A stretch of DNA of 64,000 bases from Oligoflexia bacterium (GCA_043732485.1 JAYTHP010000114.1:846-64845), one strand, 5' to 3'. Shown: positions 50,668 to 60,607, numbered from the stretch's first letter. The notes: generated by a model not told the origin, from the letters alone. A program made the numbers and translations.

Positions 50668-51574
50668 ACCTGAAACTCTCCTGCGCGTTGCCTTGCACCA
50701 GGCGACTCATCACCAGGCGACTCATCAGGCCTGCCACGCCACCTAAGAGTAACCCCAGCGGGATCACCCAAGGCTGAGGCGCTTGCAGCGGGAGTACCTC
50801 CAGCAGTGGAGAGATTTTTTTCAGATGCTGCAACACCCCCATCCCTAAAGCTAAAAAACCCGCCCAAGCGAGGCAGCCGCCTAGCCCCCCCATCAGCGCA
50901 CCTGAGAGAAAATCGGGCGCAAGCAAGGTTCTCTTGCCCGCCCCCCACAGTTGCAAGATCGCAAGGGCCTCTTGATGCAAAGCGCCGTTCATCTGACACC
51001 AGTGGAAAAGGCCAATAGCAAGTGCAAACAGCAACCCCAGCAGCATCATTTGCAGGATTTTCTTTAAGGCCCCCAAGGACTTTGCGAGCTCCTGGTGCAA
51101 ATTTTTTTGATGGTCCAAGGACTCAATGCCTGGTATTTGACGAATTTGATCCAAAATAGCCTGCGAAAAGAACCCCGCAAGCGTCAGATAGCGTGGCACC
51201 AGCGAGGCGAGCAGTGAGCCTTCCAGCTGCTCCAGTTCGCCTGCAAGCTTAGCGTCTTGCAGGCGCAAGAGCCGCAAAAACTCAGCTCTTTTCACCCAAG
51301 CCAAGGGACGCGATTGCGGGGCATGGGGTTGCGCCGCAAGCAGCGCTTGCACCTGGGCCACGACTTTGCCCTCTTCACTCTCAGACAGCTGCTCTTCCAG
51401 ATACAAAGTCACTAGTTGTTCGCCTTGTAAGCGCTCAATGGCCTGGAGCAGATGACTCTGCAACGACCCCACCAGCATCGCTAAACTCAGTAACACCCCG
51501 AGGGCTAAGGCTGAGGCCATTTGCCCAAGCGGACTTTGCAGCCAGGGTCTCAGCGCTAACTTTAGTAGGAACAT
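50660..51574 (-). CDS. ftsX: cell-division ABC transporter permease-like protein FtsX
   Basis: 304-aa ORF with four predicted TM segments and a large first periplasmic loop. Its start overlaps the ftsE stop. Confidence 0.7.
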   Translation of the reverse strand: MFLLKLALRPWLQSPLGQMASALALGVLLSLAMLVGSLQSHLLQAIERLQGEQLVTLYLEEQLSESEEGKVVAQVQALLAAQPHAPQSRPLAWVKRAEFLRLLRLQDAKLAGELEQLEGSLLASLVPRYLTLAGFFSQAILDQIRQIPGIESLDHQKNLHQELAKSLGALKKILQMMLLGLLFALAIGLFHWCQMNGALHQEALAILQLWGAGKRTLLAPDFLSGALMGGLGGCLAWAGFLALGMGVLQHLKKISPLLEVLPLQAPQPWVIPLGLLLGGVAGLMSRLVMSRLVQGNAQESFRFV

Positions 51575-52245
51575 AACACTTCCTCAAACGCCAAATGCCC
51601 GCGCTTCAAAATCGCACAACGCTTGCGTACTCGCCGGACGATTTCACGGTCATGGGTGGCCACCACTAGCGTCGCTTTTTTGACGTTCGCTTTCAAAAAT
51701 AAATCCATCAACAACCAGGTATGATCGCGGTCTTGGGCACCGGTCGGCTCATCGGCAATCACAAACTCCGGATCGCGCACCAAGGCGCGCGCCACTGCCA
51801 CCCGCTGCGCCTCGCCCCCTGATAAATGCTTGGCCAAGGTCTTGCGCTTGGCATCTAACCCCAAACGATTGAGCAACTCGCTTAGCCTTGCCTTGGCCTC
51901 AACACTGGCTAAGCGCAAGCCTGAAAGCGACAACGACAAAGCCACATTATCCACCACCGTGAGATCAGGAATGAGCCCAACGTTTTGGGGGATATAGCCC
52001 ACCGACTGGCGAATGGCCCTTAAGGTGAGACTAGAGGCTGTAGCAAGATCATAGCCAAAGAGTTTAATTTGCCCCGAGCTTGGCGTCTCTTGGGTGTTCA
52101 TCAGGCGCAAAAGCGTCGATTTTCCGGCGCCTGACCCCCCCACCACGTAAAGAAAATCGCCCCGTGCAAGCGTCAAATTGACCCGGTCTAGCACTCGAGC
52201 TTGATTAAAGTAACTCTTTGAGACATCAGTCAGCGTCATGGACAT
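51562..52245 (-). CDS. ftsE: cell-division ATP-binding protein FtsE
   Basis: Start at MSMTLTDVSKSY (ATG 52245) inside track ORF 51562-52341. Contains GGSGAGKSTLLRL, LSGGEAQRVAVARAL and ADEPTGAQD. Confidence 0.85.
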   Translation of the reverse strand: MSMTLTDVSKSYFNQARVLDRVNLTLARGDFLYVVGGSGAGKSTLLRLMNTQETPSSGQIKLFGYDLATASSLTLRAIRQSVGYIPQNVGLIPDLTVVDNVALSLSLSGLRLASVEAKARLSELLNRLGLDAKRKTLAKHLSGGEAQRVAVARALVRDPEFVIADEPTGAQDRDHTWLLMDLFLKANVKKATLVVATHDREIVRRVRKRCAILKRGHLAFEEVLCSY

Positions 52246-52320
52246 AGATACTTTTAAGCATAGCATAACTTTTAATATTAAATAAAATATATTAAATATA
52301 TAAAAACCAACCCTTCCACT
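52246..52320 (-). promoter_or_regulatory. AT-rich putative promoter region upstream of ftsE
   Basis: The stretch tttaatattaaataaaatatattaaatatataaaaacc, immediately upstream of the ftsE start, contrasts sharply with the flanking GC content. No specific -35/-10 pair could be assigned with confidence. Confidence 0.3.
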
Positions 52321-52635
52321 CAAGCTTTCTGGCGCCCGCACTTTTTTGCCGCCCGCCTATTCGCTCACCTCTCTCAGCGCCACCCGCAGCAGCTGCCTTG
52401 CAGTCACTACCACCCACCGGATTTCGACGCCCGCCCGCATGTCCCCATCCCTCCGTCTCCTGGGCAAGTCTGCTCCGTCCGTCCCCTACCCTCCTTTTTT
52501 TTTCGAAAAAGCGATCTGAGGCTGCGATCTTGGAAGCGGCGAGTTGACAGACGAACAAAAAAAAACTACCTTGATAGAAGGTGGAGCAAAAAAACAGAAG
52601 GTTTTAGGGGGCGGTGCCGGCTGACGCTGGCGAGC

Positions 52636-54153
52636 TTGCAAAGTAGAGCGCCTAGGTCCGGTCGTTTTCTTTGCCAAGCGCAAAAATCCAGGGCTTTAGC
52701 CCGGGTCTTCAAACAAGGAGCCGATCCGATCGTGAGCGTTTCTTCCTCTCAAGCAGCAGCCGGTGCAGCAGGCGCTTCCTCCACCTCCGCTACCCAGCAC
52801 CATCCCCACCCACTTTCTCAAAAAAGCTTTCGCTCCCGAGGAGCTAGTGCGCTCGCAACGACACTCTCGCCCGCAGTAGCCGCTTCCTCTTCTTCTCCCT
52901 TAGTACGCCTACAAGTCCTTGAAAAAAAAGCTGATTTTTCTCATAGCGCTGCCAACCCCTTGACAAACAACCCTCACAGCTTGCTCAAGCCCGGGCTATT
53001 TTTAGGCGGTTACTTGGCCTGGGTTTTTGCTTTTAAGTTACTCATTTTATCCTTAATGACCTACGGCAGCATGACCAGCTCCGCAGGCGACCACCAACTG
53101 CAGGAAATCAGTGAGCTTTACGAGAGTAATGAAATTGGGGTGATGGCACTAGCGACGCTTACTTTTTTAGGGTTTCTAGGCAGTCTTGGCCCCTTGTCCC
53201 AAACCAGGCTTTCCGGAGTTTTTCCGCGCGAGGAGATGGAGCAGTATTTTTTGCCGGGCTTGTTAAAAGGAGTGCTACTCGGGCTGAGTTTCGTGGCTTT
53301 ATTTTTATGCGTCGGGATTTACGGTTACTTTGGCCCCTCAAGCTCCCTGGAGGAGGCGCCGCTGACGCTTGCTAACACCATTTTACGGATGATCGCGCTT
53401 TTTGGCTGGGTCATGGGGCAAGCGTTTATCTTTCGCAAGAAAATCCTCCCCCCCCTGCTTGAGCACACCTCCCCCAAGGTGGCTGCCCATGGCATCGCTC
53501 TGCTGGCTACCCTGGTCCAGTGCCTGCACTTTAATTTAAGCTGGATGCACTTTATCAATCTTTACTTATTGAATTTAAGCCCGCTGTTACTCACACCCTC
53601 GCCGCTGGCGCCGACTTTGCAAGCCAAGCGATTGCAAAACGCTCCCTCTTTAGCCGCTGGTTTAGCCGCTGGCCCGACTTTTATTCCTGGCGCCGCTTTT
53701 TTATCAGGGCTACTGATCGTTTTGCATCCGGTTTTTAGCTTGCCGATCCTGGGGAATGATTTTTCAGGCCTCCTTTTAGTCAAATATCAGCCAGAATGGA
53801 CGACGCATCTCCTAGCGCTTTACCCTCATGGGCAGGGGTGGCTGCGTTATATCCACGGTGGCATGGGAGGACCGCTTGCTAGCCTCGCTTTGAGCCTCTT
53901 GCTGACGGCCTGGCTTGTCCTGAGGGCCCTGAAAGTCTCACTTTGGCAAGCGTATCATCGCCGTAACGCCCGACGGCAGCAGGCCCGACGCCACCAGAAC
54001 CGCCTGACGCTTGCTGACCCCGCTCATACCCCGCTCCTGCTGGTTCCAAAACCCTTAGTGGCCGCAAGCGCCGTGCCGCTGCCCCTTAAACGCCCCTCAC
54101 CTCCCACGGGCGCACTCCCAAAATCTAAACCCCAAACCCAAAGGAAACCCTAA
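52636..54153 (+). CDS. polytopic membrane protein, unknown function (weak CPBP/Abi-like resemblance)
   Basis: 505-aa ORF with a low-complexity N-terminus and at least 7 hydrophobic segments. PREEMEQYF, LHFNLSWMHFINLYLLN and LHPVFSLPILGND weakly recall CPBP motifs. An alternative start is GTG 52732, after AAGGAG. Confidence 0.45.
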   Translation: MQSRAPRSGRFLCQAQKSRALARVFKQGADPIVSVSSSQAAAGAAGASSTSATQHHPHPLSQKSFRSRGASALATTLSPAVAASSSSPLVRLQVLEKKADFSHSAANPLTNNPHSLLKPGLFLGGYLAWVFAFKLLILSLMTYGSMTSSAGDHQLQEISELYESNEIGVMALATLTFLGFLGSLGPLSQTRLSGVFPREEMEQYFLPGLLKGVLLGLSFVALFLCVGIYGYFGPSSSLEEAPLTLANTILRMIALFGWVMGQAFIFRKKILPPLLEHTSPKVAAHGIALLATLVQCLHFNLSWMHFINLYLLNLSPLLLTPSPLAPTLQAKRLQNAPSLAAGLAAGPTFIPGAAFLSGLLIVLHPVFSLPILGNDFSGLLLVKYQPEWTTHLLALYPHGQGWLRYIHGGMGGPLASLALSLLLTAWLVLRALKVSLWQAYHRRNARRQQARRHQNRLTLADPAHTPLLLVPKPLVAASAVPLPLKRPSPPTGALPKSKPQTQRKP

Positions 54154-54156
54154 CTC

Positions 54157-54918
54157 ATGAATCCCCTTGCTGCAGCCCCGCTTCAAACCTTCGATCTTCT
54201 CCTCCATGCAGGCTTTATGGCTTACCTGGTGCTGGCGTTACTCTTGATTGCCTCCATCGGCTGCTGGGCCATCTTTCTTGGGCAAAGCAAGCTACTGAAG
54301 ACCGCTCGCACCCAAAATGACGCTTTTTTGCGAGTCTTTCAGCAGGCTCAGACGTTAGAAGAGATTGTTTTAAAACTGCACCAGTTCCCGGACTCCCCGG
54401 TGGCTGCGATCTTCAAGAACGCGGTGCTGGATCTTCGTAAAATGGCTCCCGAACCGGACGAACCCTTTGCCGCACTCGAGCCCGACACCTTAGAGCATCT
54501 CAACCGCACCTTGGCGCGGTTTACCCAAATTGAGATGGCCCCTTTTGAGCGCTATTTGCCTTGGCTAGCGAGCACGGCGTCGGTAGCGCCGTTTATTGGC
54601 CTTTTTGGCACGGTTTGGGGTATTATGACCTCCTTTCAAACGATCGGCGCTACGGGGAGCGCCAATTTGGCGGTCGTAGCACCCGGCATTTCTGAGGCGC
54701 TCATCACGACTGCGGCAGGGATTGCCACCGCTATTCCGGCGGTGCTGTTTTATAACCACCTGAGTGGCGCACTCAAGACGATGGGCTTAACGCTTGAGGG
54801 TTTTCATCAAGACTTCATCCAAAGTCTCTCACGCCAAATCTTGATTGCGCAATTTGCGCCTGCCAGAGTGGACGAGGGTGACTCGCCCCGCAGCCACAGC
54901 AAACATCCGACGAAATAG
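54157..54918 (+). CDS. tolQ: Tol-Pal system protein TolQ (MotA/TolQ/ExbB family)
   Basis: LASTASVAPFIGLFGTVWGIMTSFQTIG and APGISEALITTAAGIATAIPAVLFYN are typical TolQ/ExbB blocks. Confidence 0.85.
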   Translation: MNPLAAAPLQTFDLLLHAGFMAYLVLALLLIASIGCWAIFLGQSKLLKTARTQNDAFLRVFQQAQTLEEIVLKLHQFPDSPVAAIFKNAVLDLRKMAPEPDEPFAALEPDTLEHLNRTLARFTQIEMAPFERYLPWLASTASVAPFIGLFGTVWGIMTSFQTIGATGSANLAVVAPGISEALITTAAGIATAIPAVLFYNHLSGALKTMGLTLEGFHQDFIQSLSRQILIAQFAPARVDEGDSPRSHSKHPTK

Positions 54919-54986
54919 CGCGCCCAGGCAGAGAGTCATGATCGCGCCCGCAAAAAAGACCAAGACCTAGCAAAAAATGAAAAGGA

Positions 54987-55439
54987 GTGCTTCTTGTGGC
55001 TCATCTCAAATTGAACAGCCGTTACGCCACCTCAGGATATTTAGCAGAAATGAACGTCACCCCGATGGTCGACGTCATGCTGGTTTTACTGATCGTTTTC
55101 ATGATCTCAGCCCCCCTGATGCAACAGGGCATGAAGGTCGATTTACCCAAAGCAAAAGGCGATGCGCTGAGCGCCAAGGAACCGCCCCTGATTTTAACTG
55201 TGCAGGCCTCCCGAAAAATGTTACTCGGCAAAAAAGTGATTGCCCCAGGCACCCTGATTGCCACCCTAGCGGCGCTCGTGAAAGAAAAGCCGGGACTAGA
55301 AATCGTCATTGAAGCCGACCACAAACTCAACTACGGCGTGCTGGCTGAGATCATGAGCGAGATTAAGACCGCAGGCATCCAGCACTTGGGACTGGTCACT
55401 GAGCCTCCCCCCCCCACCTTGAGGCCGCAACCCTCATGA
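54987..55439 (+). CDS. tolR: Tol-Pal system protein TolR (ExbD/TolR family)
   Basis: EMNVTPMVDVMLVLLIVFMISAPL is the TM block with the conserved Asp, followed by a periplasmic domain. The start codon is a non-ATG from the track and is uncertain. Confidence 0.8.
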   Translation: MLLVAHLKLNSRYATSGYLAEMNVTPMVDVMLVLLIVFMISAPLMQQGMKVDLPKAKGDALSAKEPPLILTVQASRKMLLGKKVIAPGTLIATLAALVKEKPGLEIVIEADHKLNYGVLAEIMSEIKTAGIQHLGLVTEPPPPTLRPQPS

Positions 55440-56200
55440 AGCGATCCGCCGCAAACTCGCACCTGACGACGAAGCCTACTTCCCCTCCTCTCAATTTCCA
55501 AGCCTCAGCCCTCGGGCATGGCCTCGGATTACTGACTTTCTTGCTCCTCGATTATTGGGGCTGGGACGGCAATCGGCGCGTGCTAGCCCCAGTCACCTTG
55601 CGAGTGGATCTCGTTGGGCTTCCCCGCCAAATCAAACCTGACGTCGATGCTCCCAAACCGGTTCCCACCCCTGAACTCACGCCACCGCCTCCTACTCAGA
55701 CTACCCCGCCCCCGCCAGCCCTGCCTTTCAAGACTGCTCCTGACCCGACGACGACGACAACGGAAGAAGGCCTAAGCCGGGCTGAGCGCAACCTCAATCG
55801 CCTGAAACGCTTCCAAGCCCTTGAGACTTTAGAGACGGCGGCCGCGAAAGAAAAAAAGCCCCCAGCCCCACTCTTTGGCAACCAACAATCCCCCGGGCGC
55901 AGCGTGGCTGGCAACGCGAAAGAACACTCCGAAGTGCCCTACCCAGAGATGATCAGACAGCGCCTGCAAGAATATTGGCGCCTCCCGCGCTGGTTGCACG
56001 ACTCGAAGCTCAACGCTCAAATTCGTCTATTTATTGCAGCCGACGGCGACTTACTGCGGTTTGAGTTCTTGAAAAGCTCGGGTCACCCTCAATTTGATCA
56101 AGCCGTGCAAAAAACCGTGCAAGAGGCCGCACCCTTTCCGCTGCCGCCGCAACGCGAAACCCCCCACACCATGACCCTGGACTTTGGCTTTCCGTTGTAA
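55436..56200 (+). CDS. TolA-like protein (TM anchor, Pro-rich spacer, TonB_C/TolA-type C-terminal domain)
   Basis: ATGA overlap with the tolR stop. Contains a TM segment (GLGLLTFLLLDYW), PTPELTPPPPTQTTPPPP, and a C-terminal YPEMIRQRLQEYWRLP...FLKSSGHPQFDQAVQKTVQEAAPFPLPP. Confidence 0.6.
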   Translation: MKRSAANSHLTTKPTSPPLNFQASALGHGLGLLTFLLLDYWGWDGNRRVLAPVTLRVDLVGLPRQIKPDVDAPKPVPTPELTPPPPTQTTPPPPALPFKTAPDPTTTTTEEGLSRAERNLNRLKRFQALETLETAAAKEKKPPAPLFGNQQSPGRSVAGNAKEHSEVPYPEMIRQRLQEYWRLPRWLHDSKLNAQIRLFIAADGDLLRFEFLKSSGHPQFDQAVQKTVQEAAPFPLPPQRETPHTMTLDFGFPL

Positions 56201-56249
56201 GCCATCCGCGTCACGGCTGATGCCCCCCCTACCCCACCAGTTCTCCCGA

Positions 56250-57398
56250 CTACAGCAGCTGTAAAAACTCTCTAACTGGCAAAACCGTGATCCCCTCCCA
56301 CTCCTGGCGCCGCTCACCGCCGTAAATCCCCAGAGCCCGAACCCGTTTTGGCCGCATTTCCGCTTGAAAACGCTTTAATCCGCGGTTAAAGCCGGCCTGC
56401 CAATGGGCGGCAGACTTGATCTCAAACGCACACTATCCTTGCGCAGTTTCCAGCACCACGTCAGCTTCAACGCCGTCAGCTGAACTCCAAAATGCCAAGC
56501 CATCGTAAAGAGATCGGTAGGCAAGGTAAGCTCTGAGCTCATGCAAAAGAAAAGTTTCTAACAGAAAGCCTCTCTCTGCCTCCTCAACCGATAGACGCAC
56601 GCGCCCCTGAAACGCCCGCACCATTCCGGCATCAACGACAGAGAACTTCGGATGAGCCAGCTGTTTGGTTGCCCCTCGTAACTTCCAGGCAGACAACCAG
56701 AAGCCCAACAGGGTATCCACAAGGATATCAAAGTAGCCTTGGACGGTTTGTCTTGCCACTTGTGCATCGCGAGCGATAGCGGCAACACTAGTGATCTGGC
56801 CATTTTGTCTTGCTGCCACGTCTAGAAACCTTAAAAAAACCCCAAGGTTGCAAGTCAAAGCTTCAGCCTGAAACTCCTCCCGCAAATACAGATCAACCTA
56901 ACTTGCAAGGAAAGCATGCGGATCAGCGCCAAAAAAAGCCGACGGCAACATGCTTTGCGTGTAGGGCTGCTCGTGAGCCCAGTGGCAGCCGACCTCAGGC
57001 GAAACCAGCGAAAAAAACCGCTTCAACGCCGCTCGCCCTCCCACAGTAAATTGCTGCCAGGGCGCTTCAGCTTCTGAAAACTTCAGCTGATAAGCACAAA
57101 AGTAAGTGATGGTCCACCATTAAACGCTGAACTTCATTGAGCAAATCAGGCACCCGCTGGATTTCATCCACAACGACCCCAGACTGCGGAGCAAGCGCCT
57201 TTAGCTCCTAATAAAAAACCGAGGAGTAACGGTTCAAACGCAAGACTTCCGAGAAGTTGCGTAGGTCATAGTGGCGTGAGGCTGAGCTGCTTGCTGCGAA
57301 GACCTGCCCCCTCCAGGTGGTCTTTCCCGCAGCCCGCGGGCCCACCGGGAAAAAGCTAGTTTCAGGTTGCTCAAAAGTTCGTCTGATCGCGAGGACAT
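56250..57398 (-). pseudogene. COG1373-type ATPase (AAA_14 + DUF4143), decayed copy 1
   Basis: Reverse-strand pieces read MSSRSDELLSNLKLAF / FPVGPRGCGKTTW (Walker A) / VVVDEIQRVPDLLNEVQRLMVD (Walker B). They continue with ORF 56433-56885 (DUF4143-like FLRFLDVAARQNGQITS...QTVQGYFDILVDTLL) and a tail after an in-frame TAG (CAFEIKSAAHW...). At least 2 frameshifts and several stops are present. Confidence 0.75.
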
Positions 57399-57617
57399 AT
57401 TGACCGGCAATCTGCCAGGAACCCTAGCATTCTTTAGCTAATCCCCCGATTAGATTGGAAAACCGCTCGTGCCGACATCCTAGGCACAGGTCTCAGTACT
57501 GACAAGAGCCACGTCCGCAGCCCGATCATCGTGACTATCAGGAGCCTGCCCCAGCCCATTCTTGAGAAAGGCAGTTCAAGTTAGCGTGTGCCCTTGGCAT
57601 AAGGCAGGTGGCGCACT

Positions 57618-57811
57618 AGCCTGTCGAAATGGATGATTTAACACGGTCTCGCCTAAGACCCGTGAAGGAAGGGGGGACTAATTTTACGTTAAAAGAGTCG
57701 GGTATTGTTTTTGGCCCCTCTGGACATCGCCGCTCCCTTCAGTTCAATGAGGCTGTAGCAGCGCAAAAAGGACCCCGGTAGATTTATTTATTAAATTTAT
57801 TTCGACAGGCT
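57618..57811. repeat. 194-nt non-coding unit bounded by a perfect 13-bp inverted repeat
   Basis: agcctgtcgaaat (57618-57630) and atttcgacaggct (57799-57811) are exact reverse complements. The unit encloses repeat copy A. Confidence 0.6.
57641..57745. repeat. diverged repeat, copy A (inverted partner at 59401-59503)
   Basis: The core gtcgggtattgtttttggcccctctggacatcgccgct (57697-57734) matches the reverse complement of 59411-59448 at 35 of 38 positions. Weaker similarity extends about 50 nt further to the left. Confidence 0.7.
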
Positions 57812-58147
57812 CGAAGCGTTGTCCCTAAGATTTAAGTTGGCAAAATGGCCGGCGAAAAGAGCCCATGGCGAATGCTGGACTGTTTCAGTTTACTGTTTCG
57901 GTTTTATGATGTTCTGCTGAAAGACGGCAAAAAACAACAACTCGTGCTGAATCCACGGCGGGGCCTAAGATTGAGTCCAGTCAGGGTCCCTGGTCCAGCC
58001 TCAGCGCCCCCCCATGCTACCCCCTGGGAGAAGATAAAATTAGGCTCCTGTTGGAGCCGGCAAAATGCCCAGATCTCAGTGCCGTGTGGTGATCACTGAC
58101 ACCTCCTGGCCTATCGCTGAGGTCCCGCTCAATTGCAAAGCACTCGC

Positions 58148-59294
58148 TTAGGTCCAATCAAACAACTTGGGGTCAGGCTGACACAGGCGAGGGCGCGCAA
58201 AAGACTTCAAATCCTCCAGGACGCTCACCACGCGCACCCCCTTTTGATCAAACGATCGCAGACCCTCTGGCGCACCGACGATTTAGGTGGCAAAAAGAGG
58301 CTGTAACTTTTTTTGATAGCAGAGGATCGCAGGGCTGATCGCTTGCTTGCTCCCTTTGACTTCAATCAACTTCACGGCCTTCCTTATCCCGCAGATAACG
58401 TAATTCGTAACGAAAAACATCACGGTCCTGCGAAAAATATATCCACTTTTAACAAGTGGGTGGCCACTAAATGTTCATAGCAGGCGCTTAGGTCTCCTGC
58501 GACATCGGCATTGTCAAAAAAATAAACTTTAGGAGGCTTCATCACAGCCCGAGGCAGGTCGTTAGAATAGGGATAGACTAAAAAAATCAAGTACATACGC
58601 TCTAATGCCTCCAACCCATGTTTCACCGTCGGTTGAGAAACGTGCAGATCTTCCGCTAGCTTTTTAACCACCACCGGCCCACCCACCCGGGCACGAAGTA
58701 GAGGAACCAAAAGGTCTAACGTCCTCAGGTCTCGAAGGCTTTCTAAATCTGGAATATCATTACCGAATGACGCGGTCGAGTCGTTCGGCCCGCCACCGCC
58801 TCACTTTATCCTCACTGCCACTCAGGAAAGCCCCCCACGCTCAGCAGCCGCCCGTAAGCTTTTTTTTCTGAGAGGGTTTCCGACAGATTCAAGGGAAGCT
58901 CCGACAAAGTAAAGGGGTGCAATCGCCAATAAAGGTAGCGCCCGAGCATAGAATCCCCACCACGCCGGTAAACGGCCATCCTAGCGCTGCCTGTCACGAG
59001 AAAGGTATGCCGTGCATGTTAGGTATCGTACAATCCTTTTAGCCGTTTTTTCCAGCGCTTGAATTTATGCAACTCATCAAAAATAATCAGCCGATCACTC
59101 ACCTTCCAGTCTCTTTTTAAGATTTTATTTTTTTTCAGCTCGTCATCCCAATTAAAATACACCGCTGATGAAAAATCCTGCATCAAACTTTTCGCTAAAG
59201 TGGTCTTCCCGCATTGCCTGGAAGCACTCATAAAAACCATCCTCTTTTCAAGGTCTTTTTTAATAAAGGGAGTGATTGCTCTCATCTGACCCAT
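58148..59294 (-). pseudogene. COG1373-type ATPase (AAA_14 + DUF4143), decayed copy 2
   Basis: Three track fragments are present. 59019-59327 reads MRAITPFIKKDLEKRMVFMSASRQCGKTTLAKS...LIIFDELHKF. 58812-58997 reads VTGSARM...RLHPFTLSEL. 58420-58710 is the HTH-like part (KKLAEDLHVSQPTVKHGLEALERMYLI). Frameshifted tail pieces (REVD / IEVKGSKQ...) run down to stop 58148. The region is noticeably AT-richer than its flanks. Confidence 0.75.
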
Positions 59295-59351
59295 ATAAAG
59301 CGTTACTTTCCTTGAGTCTTGACTCAAGGAAAGTAACGCTTTATATGGGTC
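59288..59351. repeat. perfect 64-bp palindrome (31-nt arms, 2-nt spacer)
   Basis: gacccatataaagcgttactttccttgagtc tt gactcaaggaaagtaacgctttatatgggtc. The arms are exact reverse complements. The left arm contains the first codons (ATGGGTC) and leader of ATPase copy 2. Confidence 0.9.
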
Positions 59352-59400
59352 ACCGACTGGTTTCAGGCGGGGCTTTCACTCTGAGCGGGAGGTGTCTTGC

Positions 59401-59503
59401 CAGTGGAAGTAGCGGCGGGGTCCAGAGGGGTCAAAAACAATACCCGACCCAATGAGTAAAAAAATTAGATCCTGTCTTCAAGATTCTCAGAAGGGACCGC
59501 TGA
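59401..59503. repeat. diverged repeat, copy B (inverted relative to copy A)
   Basis: See copy A. The core is agcggcggggtccagaggggtcaaaaacaatacccgac (59411-59448). Confidence 0.7.
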
Positions 59504-60250
59504 CACCGCGTTCATACGTCCGTTGCAACAGCCTTGGTGCGCACCTCTTGCGAAAAAAACCACCCGCTCTCGTTGCAGGCAAAAGAGCTCAATTGGCGCA
59601 AGCTGCCTCCCGAGCGGGGGTGATGTCATTCGTGACCAACAGCCGTAGTGTTTGCTGTGCACTGCTGTCTTTTTGTATGATCACGGATCGCCTCCGTTAC
59701 AAAGCTCGCCAAAATAGCTCGATTAGCCAGCACCGCACACTCCCCCTTCCCGCCCGGGTCATGATTTTGTGTCAATTTTGGGTCACTAATTTCGGTCGTG
59801 AGTAGCAAAAATGACCCATCCCGCCACCCCTATCGAGAAAAGTGTCATCCCAAGTGCTGTCCATCACCAATCCATCCGGGCAGTTTTTCCTCTGTGGGTT
59901 CAAAACGACCCCATGCCATAGAAAACCAACGCGCCCGGCCCTTCCCCGGAGCAGACCCACATCAAATACCAGGATTCTCCCTCTTACGTGGCACACAACG
60001 ACTCACGCCTAGCAATGGTTGAGACCTGAACCGATTGCACGGCGCCACTGAGACAACGCTTAGCATCACTGCGCTCAAAAATTGATTGCTGCGGCCTAAG
60101 GAGGCGTTGAATTAACCCGCCCCCAACAACCCTTCCATCTCTGCACGGGATTGCCCATGCCTGCTGGCGTGAAGCGAAAACCGCTCATTGCAGGACCACA
60201 GCCCCGCAGCGGCAGGAGAAAGGGGAGGAGCACTCCTCTATCTCACGGTT

Positions 60251-60288
60251 ATTGCTAACAGTTGCTCTAACGATTGCTAAAGATTGCT
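60251..60288. repeat. helically phased array of (A/G)TTGCT hexamers
   Basis: attgct at 60251, gttgct at 60261, attgct at 60273 and attgct at 60283, spaced 10, 12 and 10 bp. Related attgat/gattca/gattgtc follow at 60304-60327. Confidence 0.6.
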
Positions 60289-60607
60289 GAGTCTGCCTTC
60301 GCTATTGATGATTCATTTTTGATTGTCACACAAGCTCCCTAAGCACCTAATTTAGCTTCAGCTCAGAACTTTTGGCTGGCTCACCTTGATCGTCACCGCA
60401 CACCCCCCTCAGCGTTCCTGAAGCGTGACTCCGTGGCTCGATGATCCGCAGGCGTCAAATTCTCAACACTCTATTAGGATGCAGGCGTAATGGGTCTTGC
60501 CCTGATTGTTTTGAAGCTTAGCGCCCCCCACCTTGCCCCAAAAAAAAGGTGAGCGCGCGCAAAAAAAGACGTCACCCTTTGGGCTTTTTTCAGGTTAAGA
60601 TTCTTTA

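Noticed and set aside
57845-58099. 84-aa plus-strand ORF inside the tol island
   Set aside because: It has no recognisable domain or RBS and lies in decayed DNA between the pseudogenes.
57618-58150. Retron-like ncRNA idea (13-bp closing inverted repeat around a roughly 170-nt unit next to an ATPase gene)
   Set aside because: No reverse-transcriptase ORF or remnant is recognisable anywhere in the island, and no long msd-type hairpin is present.
60251-60330. CRISPR-like repeat array
   Set aside because: The repeats are only 6 nt with 4-6 nt between them, far too short for CRISPR repeats and spacers. It is reported instead as a phased binding-site-like array.
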